Positions 1 through 8,604 of a stretch of DNA of 64,000 nucleotides are shown piece by piece. Within the stretch, counting starts at the first letter, position 1. Each line of letters opens with the position of its first letter. A model generated the notes under the pieces. The model was not told where the DNA came from, did not search any database, and saw nothing but the letters and a program-made list of their open reading frames with translations. The translations under genes were made by a program, and so were the position numbers. The DNA is taken from contig CAZCXA010000001.1 of NCBI GenBank assembly GCA_964502565.1, positions 3,806 to 67,805 of the forward strand. The letters are read 5' to 3'. This DNA is from an uncultured Pseudomonadales bacterium (lineage in GTDB: Bacteria; Patescibacteriota; Microgenomatia; UBA1400; PJMF01).

Positions 1-1885
1 GTTGATGTAAATCAATAAGATTAACCGCATAAGCATGAAAAGCCTCATCTTCATTAGCAAAAACACTCTTATGCTCGGTTAAACTTTCATCAATAAGAGT
101 ATGATAATACACACCCATAGCCATCTCTTTGTTAGGCACGGTAATTGGCTGACTGTTGGCTGGTTTAAGCAGGTTTTTACTAACCATCATATAGTCAATC
201 GATTCTTGCTGGGCAGCCTTGGTTAAAGGTAGATGAACAGCCATTTGATCACCGTCAAAATCAGCATTGTAGCCTGAACAAACACAGGGATGAATCTTGA
301 TCGCTTTGCCATCGATCAACTTGGGATAAAAAGCAAGAATACCCAGCTTGTGCAAGGTTGGGGCACGGTTGAGCAACACAGGGTGGTTTTTGGTCACCTT
401 TTCTAGTGCATCATAAACCTCAGGTTCACGACGGTCAATCAAGTTACGAGCACTTTTAACATTTGGCGCAGAACCTTGTAAGATTAACTCATGAAAAACA
501 AATGGCTTAAACATTTCTAGAGCCATATCTTTTGGAATACCACACTCATTTAACCGCAGTTCCGGACCAACAATAATGACACTTCTACCAGAATAATCTA
601 CTCGCTTGCCCAACAAGTTTCTGCGGAAGCGACCTTTTTTGCCTTTCAGCATATCTGACAAAGATTTTAATGGTAGTCTTTGAGTTTGGCGTCGAGTGGC
701 AACCTTGGTATCAATCAATGAGTCAACCGCTTCCTGAAGCATTCTTTTCTCATTTCTTAAAATAATATCTGGAGCCCCTAAGCCGATGAGATGTTTTAAC
801 CGGTTGTTACGGTTGATCACTCTTCGATATAAATCATTGAGATCAGAAGAGGCAAACCTACCTCCAGACAACTGTACCATTGGTCTTAAATCAGGAGGAA
901 TAACCGGTAGAATCTTGATAAACATCCAGGAGGGATCAACTCCAGCTTTTTTAAAACTTTCAACTATTCTTAATCTTTTAATATAGCCAGCTGATTTGGT
1001 TTTACTTTTAGTCTCTTCAATCTTTTGGCGGAGGCTGTCTTCTAAAGCCTCAAGATCAATTTCTTTAACTAACTTTAAGATACTTTCCGCTCCCATTCCA
1101 ACTTCAATGAAACTTTCTGCGTTATAATCAATTAATTTAATGTACTCATCCTCGGTTAAAACCGACTTTTTCTTGATATTTTTAACCATGCTTTTGATGG
1201 TTTCGTAGATCTCGGTATTTTGCTCAACCTGTTTAGTTAAGTTTTCTTTAATTTGAACAATGGCTTTTTTTGACTTAAGTGTCAGTTCTTCAAGTTTAAT
1301 TTCTAGTGTTTCTTTTTTTGAGATTTTTTCCTTTAATTTTTTCTGATCAGCTTGTAAAATCTTTTTGATTTCTTGGATAGTTTCTTTGGCTTGTTGACGA
1401 AGATTTTCTTCAGCCTCGATTTGAGCAATGTCTAGATTGTCTAAAATACTTGCTTTCGCGTTTTTATCTACTGACAAGACAATGTATTGCGAGAAGTAGA
1501 TAACATTACTCACATCCCTTGGAGAAACATCGATCAAGCGAGACAATCTTGACGGAGCGCCTTTAAAATACCAAACATGTGCCACCTCAGATGCAAGTTC
1601 GATATGACCCATTCTCTCCCGTCTTACTCTGGAATGAGTAACCTCAACTCCGCATTTATCACAGATAATATCTTTGTAACGACGTCGCTTATACTTTCCA
1701 CAGTGACATTCGTAGTCTTTAACTGGACCAAAGATCTTTTCATCAAACAAACCATCTTTTTCTGGCTTAAGAGATCGATAGTTTATGGTTTCAGGATCTT
1801 TGACCTCACCATAAGACCAACTTAAGATATCCTCTGGAGATGCAATCTTAATTTGTAAAGCTGAGAAGTCGACAATATTTTTCAT
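1..1885 (-). CDS. rpoC: DNA-directed RNA polymerase subunit beta' (N-terminal ~628 aa; continues past window start)
   Basis: Hand translation of minus strand from ATG at 1885 gives [20 protein letters not shown]...[23 protein letters not shown] (Zn-finger), [12 protein letters not shown] catalytic motif; immediately downstream of rpoB. Not in ORF track because it runs off the window edge. Confidence 0.9.
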   Translation of the reverse strand, partial: MKNIVDFSALQIKIASPEDILSWSYGEVKDPETINYRSLKPEKDGLFDEKIFGPVKDYECHCGKYKRRRYKDIICDKCGVEVTHSRVRRERMGHIELASEVAHVWYFKGAPSRLSRLIDVSPRDVSNVIYFSQYIVLSVDKNAKASILDNLDIAQIEAEENLRQQAKETIQEIKKILQADQKKLKEKISKKETLEIKLEELTLKSKKAIVQIKENLTKQVEQNTEIYETIKSMVKNIKKKSVLTEDEYIKLIDYNAESFIEVGMGAESILKLVKEIDLEALEDSLRQKIEETKSKTKSAGYIKRLRIVESFKKAGVDPSWMFIKILPVIPPDLRPMVQLSGGRFASSDLNDLYRRVINRNNRLKHLIGLGAPDIILRNEKRMLQEAVDSLIDTKVATRRQTQRLPLKSLSDMLKGKKGRFRRNLLGKRVDYSGRSVIIVGPELRLNECGIPKDMALEMFKPFVFHELILQGSAPNVKSARNLIDRREPEVYDALEKVTKNHPVLLNRAPTLHKLGILAFYPKLIDGKAIKIHPCVCSGYNADFDGDQMAVHLPLTKAAQQESIDYMMVSKNLLKPANSQPITVPNKEMAMGVYYHTLIDESLTEHKSVFANEDEAFHAYAVNLIDLHQ

Positions 1886-1950
1886 AAAGTTTTATAGGTG
1901 CGTTATAAATGTTTTTATTCTCTAGTGTCGTTGTTAGTTGAGGTTGTATC

Positions 1951-2010
1951 AGCTTCTTCTTGCTCATCTTCCTCTTGTTAAGCTTCTTCTTGCTCATCTT
2001 CATCTTGTTC
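1951..2010. repeat. 30-bp perfect-ish tandem duplication (2 copies) spanning the rpoB stop codon
   Basis: agcttcttcttgctcatcttcCtcttgttA / agcttcttcttgctcatcttcAtcttgttC at 1951-1980 and 1981-2010; copy 2 encodes the last 10 codons of the rpoB acidic tail, copy 1 lies just after the stop. Confidence 0.8.
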
Positions 2011-5000
2011 ATCCTTTTCTGACTCATCATCTGACTCATCGTTGTCATCAATCTTCAGATCCTCATCAGCTATTTCTTCTTCATCGATCTCATCATCTAG
2101 ATCATCACCAAGATCCTCGATATCCTTATCATTAAAACCAGGCTCATCCTCATCTTGAGTAAGCTCGGTCTCTCTGACTGTGTTTTCTGACTCAGTTTCT
2201 ATATCTTCTTTTTCTTCGGTTTCTTTATCATCAAGTGATAACTCGTCATCCTCAAGGATGTCTTTGTCGTCAAATGATAAATCCTCATCATCAATAATGA
2301 CCTCCTCAACTTCTTCAGGGTCATCAGCCACTTTCAAGTCCAAAGGAATAATATCTAAAGCCAAAGCCTTGAGCTCACTGATTAAAACCTTGAATGATTC
2401 AGGCACGGTTGGAGCTGGAATATCAATCCCTTTAACCATAGCTTTAAAGGCTTTGGAGCGACCACCGACATCATCAGATTTGATGGTGAGCATTTCTTGA
2501 AGAGTATAAGCAGCCTTATGAGACTCTAAAGCCCAAACCTCCATCTCTCCCACTCTTTGACCACCCATTTGCGCTTTTCCACCCAAAGGCTGTTGAGTCA
2601 CTAAAGAATAAGGTCCGGTAGATCTGGCATGCACTTTATCATCAACCATATGCACCAACTTCAACATGTAGGTAACACCCACCGCTGTTTGCTCGCGATA
2701 AGGCTCACCAGTACGACCATCATAGAGTTGTACTTTACCGCTAGTTGGCAAACCAGCTTTTTCCAACTCTTGCCAAATCTTTGCTTCATCAAAAGTCTCA
2801 AAAACCGGCAAGGCCACCTTGTAACCTAGTTTGTGCGCAGCCCAACCTAAATGGGCTTCCAACAACTGACCTAAGTTCATTCTTGCCAAAACTGATAAAG
2901 GTGAAATGATGACATCAATCGGTGTGCCGTCTTCTAAATAAGGCATATCCGCGACCGGCACAATCTTTGAGATAACACCTTTGTTCCCATGACGTCCGGC
3001 CAACTTATCACCAACCTTGATCTTTCTTTTTTCAGCCACTCTCACTGTCACTTGTTTTAAAACACCGGGATTGAGCTCGTCGTCTTGGTCGCGGTCTAAA
3101 ACTTGCACATCAATCACTGTCCCTTTTTCTCCGTGTGGCATTCTTAAAGAAGTATCACGAACCTCTTTGGATTTTTCACCAAAAATGGCTCTTAACAATC
3201 TTTCTTCAGAACTCAGCTCGGTTTCACCTTTAGGTGCTACCTTGCCTACCAAGATGTCACCAGATTCAATCTCACTACCAATCCTAACAATACCATCTTC
3301 AGTTAAGTTAGCTAAATAGTTTTCTGAAACATTGGGAATATCATTGGTTAACTCTTCTGGACCCAAACGAGTGTCCATCACTTGGGCTTCATGCTCGCTG
3401 ATATAAACCGAGGTTAATAAATCTTCTTTTACTAAACGATCAGAGATCACAATGGCATCTTCATGGCCCAAACCATCAAAAGAAGCATAGGCAATTGTTA
3501 AGTTTGTGCCTAAAGCCAACTCACCACTATCAGAGGCTGGACCGTCAACAATGAGATCACCTTTTTTAACACGGTCGCCGGTATTAACCACCGGCTTTTG
3601 AGAATAACAGGTGCTTTGAGAGGTTCTAACAAACTTTTTAATTTGATAGATTTCTTTACCATCCTCGAACTTTACCCCATTATTATTAGCCAAACCAGCT
3701 TGATAATACTTTTTCGCTGAGTTTAGCTCTGATTTATTAACTGCAACAATGACCTGATTGCCATCAGCATACTCCACCACTCCGCCGTGAACCGCGTCAA
3801 GGGTGCGGTTCATGGAACGAGACACAATACTTTCCATACCGGTTCCGATGATAGGAGCTTCAGCTTTTATCAACGGCACAGCCTGACATTGCATATGACT
3901 ACCCATCAAGGCGCGGTTGGCCTCATCATTGGCAATAAAAGGAATAAGTGAAGCAGAGGTGCCCACCACCTGGCGTGGAGCAATATCAATAAACTGAATC
4001 TCGGTCACAGGACCTTCTTGGAACTGATTATTGTGTCGATAAGCTACCCAATCATTATTTATATAATTATTTTTATCAAGATCTAACTCAGCATGACTAA
4101 TCTTATAATCTTCTTCCTCATCAGCAGACATATATACAATCTCATCAGTTACCTTCATCTTGCCATCTTCCTTCACTACTTTACGATACGGTGCTTCTAA
4201 AAATCCAAAGTCATTAACCCTGACATATAGGGCTAAATAAGTGACTAAACCAATATTGGGACCCTCGGGTGAACGAACCGGACAAATTCTGGAGTACTGA
4301 GAAACATTAATATCTCTCATAGAGAAAGCAGCCCTTTCTCTAGTAACGCCACCGCTCCCCAAAACTGACAAACGACGTAAGTTATCAATTTCTGAGAGAG
4401 GATTGGTTTGATCTAAAATCGCGGATAAACGGTTGCGTCTAAAGAATTGAGAGATTGTAGCAATTAATGGCCGAGCATTAACCAAAGCCGAAGGAGTTAA
4501 GTTAGAATCGGTCTTGGTTAAAGACATTTTTTCTCGAATAGACTTTTCAAGTCTAATTAAACCAATTCTAAAGGCGGTATCTCTCACTAGTTCACCAATG
4601 CGACGCACGCGACGGTTGCTTAAGTGATCAATATCATCAACTTTACCCTGTCCATTTTGCAAACCAATTAAGTACCTAATAGTCTCGATAATATCTTGCT
4701 TATCTAAAACTGTTAACTCTTCATCAACATTAATCTTTAATCTCCGGTTAAGTTTGTAACGACCAACTTTCCCAAGGTTATAACGTCTTTCGTCAAAAAA
4801 ATGTGTTTTAAAATAATCGCGCGCGGTCTCCACAGTGGCTGGTTCACCAGGTCTCAACTTTTCATAAATCTCAATTAAGGCTTGATCTTTTGTATAGGTA
4901 TCATCTTTAGCCAAGGTGTTTTCAATCAAGTTAAAACTGTCTTCTTTTGAGATGTCTTTATAAAGTTCTAAGATCTGCTCATCGGTTTCTAAACCAAAAG

Positions 5001-5583
5001 CTCTGAGTAACACTGTGGCTGGAATCTTGCGTCGGCGGTCGATCTTGACTGTAATCACGTGACGTCGACTAACCGCGATCTCGATCCAAGAACCTCTCAT
5101 CGGTCTTAGTTCTGCCATATAATAAACCTCGCCTGTATTGCGATACTCTTCACCCGAAAAAAAGACTCCTGGAGAACGAACTAGCTGAGTCACGATGCCT
5201 CGCTCAATACCGTTAATAACAAAGGTCCCGACTGGCGTCATCTTAGGAATATCACCTAAAAATACTTCTTGGATGCGACGCTCGCCAGTTCTTTTGTTAA
5301 CTAAAGTAGCCTCAACATAAAGTGAGGTTTCATAGGTTAAGTTTTTAGCCTTTGCTTCTTCAACCAAGTATTTAGGCTCATTAAATCGATAATCGCCGAA
5401 TTTTAATAGCCAATTTTTGCCTGTATAATCCTCGATTCCTTTATCTGCATTCACTTGTTCTAAAGCAGATTTAATGCCATTCTTCAAAAAATCTTCATAA
5501 CTATCAATCTGCAAACCGATTAAATCAAGTTCGGGCAAAACAGTGTGTTGTTTGCCCCAATGTTGTCTTTGACTATTTATCAT
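1978..5583 (-). CDS. rpoB: DNA-directed RNA polymerase subunit beta with ~120-aa poly-acidic C-terminal extension
   Basis: 1201-aa ORF; canonical RpoB motifs throughout (e.g. GDKLAGRHGNKGVISKI, NLGQLLE); AAGGAG SD upstream; C-terminus DDEDLSFDDKDILEDDELSLDD...DEQDEDEQEEA is D/E-rich. Confidence 0.97.
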   Translation of the reverse strand: MINSQRQHWGKQHTVLPELDLIGLQIDSYEDFLKNGIKSALEQVNADKGIEDYTGKNWLLKFGDYRFNEPKYLVEEAKAKNLTYETSLYVEATLVNKRTGERRIQEVFLGDIPKMTPVGTFVINGIERGIVTQLVRSPGVFFSGEEYRNTGEVYYMAELRPMRGSWIEIAVSRRHVITVKIDRRRKIPATVLLRAFGLETDEQILELYKDISKEDSFNLIENTLAKDDTYTKDQALIEIYEKLRPGEPATVETARDYFKTHFFDERRYNLGKVGRYKLNRRLKINVDEELTVLDKQDIIETIRYLIGLQNGQGKVDDIDHLSNRRVRRIGELVRDTAFRIGLIRLEKSIREKMSLTKTDSNLTPSALVNARPLIATISQFFRRNRLSAILDQTNPLSEIDNLRRLSVLGSGGVTRERAAFSMRDINVSQYSRICPVRSPEGPNIGLVTYLALYVRVNDFGFLEAPYRKVVKEDGKMKVTDEIVYMSADEEEDYKISHAELDLDKNNYINNDWVAYRHNNQFQEGPVTEIQFIDIAPRQVVGTSASLIPFIANDEANRALMGSHMQCQAVPLIKAEAPIIGTGMESIVSRSMNRTLDAVHGGVVEYADGNQVIVAVNKSELNSAKKYYQAGLANNNGVKFEDGKEIYQIKKFVRTSQSTCYSQKPVVNTGDRVKKGDLIVDGPASDSGELALGTNLTIAYASFDGLGHEDAIVISDRLVKEDLLTSVYISEHEAQVMDTRLGPEELTNDIPNVSENYLANLTEDGIVRIGSEIESGDILVGKVAPKGETELSSEERLLRAIFGEKSKEVRDTSLRMPHGEKGTVIDVQVLDRDQDDELNPGVLKQVTVRVAEKRKIKVGDKLAGRHGNKGVISKIVPVADMPYLEDGTPIDVIISPLSVLARMNLGQLLEAHLGWAAHKLGYKVALPVFETFDEAKIWQELEKAGLPTSGKVQLYDGRTGEPYREQTAVGVTYMLKLVHMVDDKVHARSTGPYSLVTQQPLGGKAQMGGQRVGEMEVWALESHKAAYTLQEMLTIKSDDVGGRSKAFKAMVKGIDIPAPTVPESFKVLISELKALALDIIPLDLKVADDPEEVEEVIIDDEDLSFDDKDILEDDELSLDDKETEEKEDIETESENTVRETELTQDEDEPGFNDKDIEDLGDDLDDEIDEEEIADEDLKIDDNDESDDESEKDEQDEDEQEEA

Positions 5584-5903
5584 GAAGGAGGCTCCTTTTT
5601 AATTATGTTTTTTTAAAATAGACTCTGGCGAAATAAAAAAGTGACATTAAGTCACAAAGGCATCAAAAAAACTAGATCGAAGAGCTTAGATTTGCTCTCT
5701 TATGAAAACTGGCTTGGAAAATAAAATAAAAATTCAAGGTAAAAAGTAAAAAAGTAAAAACTCAAAAGTTAAAAGTAAAGTTTAAAAACAATAAAAAACT
5801 GCCTAAAAATTTTTTCTACTTGGCTAAACTTTTAACTTTTGAATTTTAATTTAAAATTTACCCACCAGCTAACATAAGAGCGTATTTTATCAGTATCATT
5901 TTC

Positions 5904-6893
5904 TCAACGCAAGTACCTATTTATATTATTGTTATGTTCTTCAAGAGTTCTGGCAAAATGAACATTGCCTTGTTTATCATGAATATAAAAAAGATACTCT
6001 GTGGAGCGAGGATTTAGTGAAGCCGTAATCGCCTCTAAGCCAGGATTGCAGATAGGACGAGGGGGCAATCCTGGATTTAGATAGGTGTTAAACCTTGAGT
6101 TAAGCTGTTTGTCTTCAGCCAAAGGAGTTGCCCACCAACTTCCAATCGTTTCATCATAACCCTTAGCATACTGTAAGGTAGCATCTACTTGTAAAGGCAT
6201 ACCTATCTCTAGCCTTTTCCATAAAATATTAGAGACCTGCTGTAACTGCTCTGATCCTCTTGCCTCTCTTTCTAAGATAGAAGCCATTGTTAACAGCTCA
6301 TTAAACGAGTAGTTAGATTGCTCAATCTGAGTTTGCAAAGAAGCAATCTTTTTTTCAAAAGTATTCTGCATTAAATTAATCAGGGCTTGAGTCGTAACTT
6401 CTTTTGGAACCAAGTATGTGTCAGGGAAAAGCTGGCCTTCAAGGGCAACTGTCTGAGCTAAAAACTCTTCCTGATTATAATTAATCAACGAGTATTTTTC
6501 TAAACTTTGAGCAATCTCTTCTCTTCTCATCCCTTCGGGAAAAGTAATCCAGATATCATCTGTGCCATCACTTAATATCTCTAAAATTGTGGCTACATCC
6601 ATCGCAGGGGAAAGCTCAAAACTGCCAGCTTGAATCTTAAAATTATCTTGATTTAACTGATAGTAAATCTTAAAAACATAGCTATTTTTAATTAAATTTT
6701 TCTTTTTTAATTTATCGCCGATTAAAGCAACCGGCTCACCTTTAGCAATAACAAATCTTTCTAACTGGTTGTTGGTTGAATCAGGAGCCTGAAGCAAAGA
6801 GAAGCCAAAAACTATTACTGAAGTTAAAACAAAGGCTAAGATTGCGCCGACAATTAATACCAAACGCAAAATTTTATTTTTTTTTAATTTCAT
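5904..6893 (-). CDS. mltG: Endolytic murein transglycosylase MltG (YceG family)
   Basis: N-terminal TM helix then YceG-like domain; conserved position directly after ruvX as in Firmicutes (alaS-ruvX-mltG synteny). Confidence 0.8.
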   Translation of the reverse strand: MKLKKNKILRLVLIVGAILAFVLTSVIVFGFSLLQAPDSTNNQLERFVIAKGEPVALIGDKLKKKNLIKNSYVFKIYYQLNQDNFKIQAGSFELSPAMDVATILEILSDGTDDIWITFPEGMRREEIAQSLEKYSLINYNQEEFLAQTVALEGQLFPDTYLVPKEVTTQALINLMQNTFEKKIASLQTQIEQSNYSFNELLTMASILEREARGSEQLQQVSNILWKRLEIGMPLQVDATLQYAKGYDETIGSWWATPLAEDKQLNSRFNTYLNPGLPPRPICNPGLEAITASLNPRSTEYLFYIHDKQGNVHFARTLEEHNNNINRYLR

Positions 6894-7110
6894 AATTGAA
6901 TGATTTTTATAATGGAATAAAAATTTTTGGGGTTTTGAGTGCGAAAGTTAAGTTTTTGCAGTTAACAGTTAAAGACCTTGAAAAAATTGTGTTGAAAAAA
7001 ATACTATCTTTTCAAGATACAAGGTAATCCTTTAGTATAACATATTTAAATAAATTAAGGTTAAAAAGGAAGAGATTGAAGAAAAAATCTCCAGATAAAT
7101 AGCCTTAGTT

Positions 7111-7509
7111 TTATTTTTGCTCCTCAAGCCACTGTTCTAAAATATAAGCAGCTGCATAATGATCAAGTTTTTTTGGTAAAGGTTTTTTTCTTAGTTTAAA
7201 CCTGTTCTCGACTTCTTTAGAGGACAAGGTCTCGTCAACATAAATAATTGGCTGAGATATCTTCAGTTGTAACTGTTGACCAAATTGACGCGTCTTTTCA
7301 GCAGTTTCTTTTTCAGAAATACCCAAGATTACTTGAGTAACTTGGTGTTGAGTACAAACTTGAGCAATCTGACGGACTGCTTCAGCCTCTTCTTGGTAAT
7401 CAATGACTACCAAAGGCACTGCCAGCGGACCCTGAGAAACTGCCAAACCAATTCTTTTGGTACCAAAATCAATCGCAAGTAGTTTCTGGTTCTGGTTATC
7501 AAAAAACAT
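7111..7509 (-). CDS. ruvX: Putative pre-16S rRNA nuclease / Holliday-junction resolvase-like YqgF
   Basis: 132 aa, N-terminal LAIDFGTKRIGLAVS RNase H-like motif typical of YqgF/RuvX. Confidence 0.8.
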   Translation of the reverse strand: MFFDNQNQKLLAIDFGTKRIGLAVSQGPLAVPLVVIDYQEEAEAVRQIAQVCTQHQVTQVILGISEKETAEKTRQFGQQLQLKISQPIIYVDETLSSKEVENRFKLRKKPLPKKLDHYAAAYILEQWLEEQK

Positions 7510-7533
7510 AATTATATTTTATTCTCTTACTAA

Positions 7534-8499
7534 TTATTCTCTTACTAACTGGGCTGTGACCACTCCCCTTCTTAAATAGGTTCCTTCTGGCACGCAGGTA
7601 ACCAGTTTTAACTGCTGACTGCTGTAATCTTGAGACAAGATATATGTATCGCTCGGCTTAACCTCTGTTTTATCAATCACTGCATAAGTATATTTAACAT
7701 CGCCGTAAGTTAAAAAAACTCGATCACCTGGCTCAAGTGTCATAATTGTACTAAAAATTGTGTTATAACGTCTGGGGTTAGTCTCTTTAGGATTGTAAAA
7801 CTGTCGTAACAAAGAATGACCAAAAACAACTGGTGCGCCTGGTTTTCCAGGTAATGATGTGCCTGGATATTGGATTAGGCTTTCATCAAGATTAGTGCCA
7901 CCAATTTTAACCGTGGCGTTATAAACCTCAAGTTTGGGGATCTCCAAAACATACTCTCCGACTTGCTTAGACAACAAGCTCGTGCGGTTAACTAGGTCGA
8001 TCACCACTTGATCTTCAAACCAGTTTGATAAATTGGTGTAATCCAACTCAGCATCAACAATAACTGGACCTCGTCTAACTTGACCCATTTCCTGCGTAAT
8101 ATCTCCCACCATAGTAGTTTGCGCCACCACCAACGGAGTCATGCTTAAAATTTTATCTTGTGGGATGGGCGCAATTAGGGTGGGTGTTGTTGATAAATTT
8201 TTTAAATAGAAGCTAGCGATCGGCATCACTGCGCTTCCCAATAAAAACAAACCGACCACAATAAAAAAGATCGGTACAAAACTTGCCCCAAATCTAACAA
8301 CCCTGGGTATTGAAAGTTTTGCCTGACGGCAGTGTTGATCGTCAATATTCTGTTCCACCTGCTCGGTTACCATAAGTCTGGTTAGTTTTGCTGAAACCTC
8401 AGCCTCAACCTCCTCATAGGTACCAAACTTTAGCAAAGCTTCTCGATACAGTTTGATTAACTCTTGACGATCAATGCCCAAGTTATCGTGTTTTGACAT
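7534..8499 (-). CDS. Sortase-family transpeptidase with N-terminal cytoplasmic segment and TM anchor
   Basis: TM helix (FVPIFFIVVGLFLLGSAVMPIA) followed by sortase fold signatures: VVFGHSLL (His), TLEPGDRVFL, LVTCVP (TLxTC Cys), RRGVV (Arg). Confidence 0.7.
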   Translation of the reverse strand: MSKHDNLGIDRQELIKLYREALLKFGTYEEVEAEVSAKLTRLMVTEQVEQNIDDQHCRQAKLSIPRVVRFGASFVPIFFIVVGLFLLGSAVMPIASFYLKNLSTTPTLIAPIPQDKILSMTPLVVAQTTMVGDITQEMGQVRRGPVIVDAELDYTNLSNWFEDQVVIDLVNRTSLLSKQVGEYVLEIPKLEVYNATVKIGGTNLDESLIQYPGTSLPGKPGAPVVFGHSLLRQFYNPKETNPRRYNTIFSTIMTLEPGDRVFLTYGDVKYTYAVIDKTEVKPSDTYILSQDYSSQQLKLVTCVPEGTYLRRGVVTAQLVRE

Positions 8500-8604
8500 A
8501 GTTGGAACTAAAAGTTTAACTTAAAAAGCGCGAGGCGGAAAAAAATTGGTAACGAGCTTACCTCGCTTTTTAATTTTTAGCTTTTTACCTCTAACTTTTT
8601 TTTG

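Noticed and set aside
1848-2135. Short ORFs on both strands at the rpoB-rpoC junction (MMTTMSQMM…, MRLYQLLLAHL…)
   Set aside because: They are low-complexity translations of the acidic-tail coding repeat and its complement, overlapping rpoB and the rpoC start.
2180-5583. Plus-strand ORFs antisense to rpoB (for example 2180-2500, 3017-3319) and similar antisense ORFs within alaS, dnaK, ftsH, groEL, pnp
   Set aside because: They are embedded in, and antisense to, strongly supported conserved genes, Ser/Leu-rich, with no start context. Treated as ORF-finder noise.
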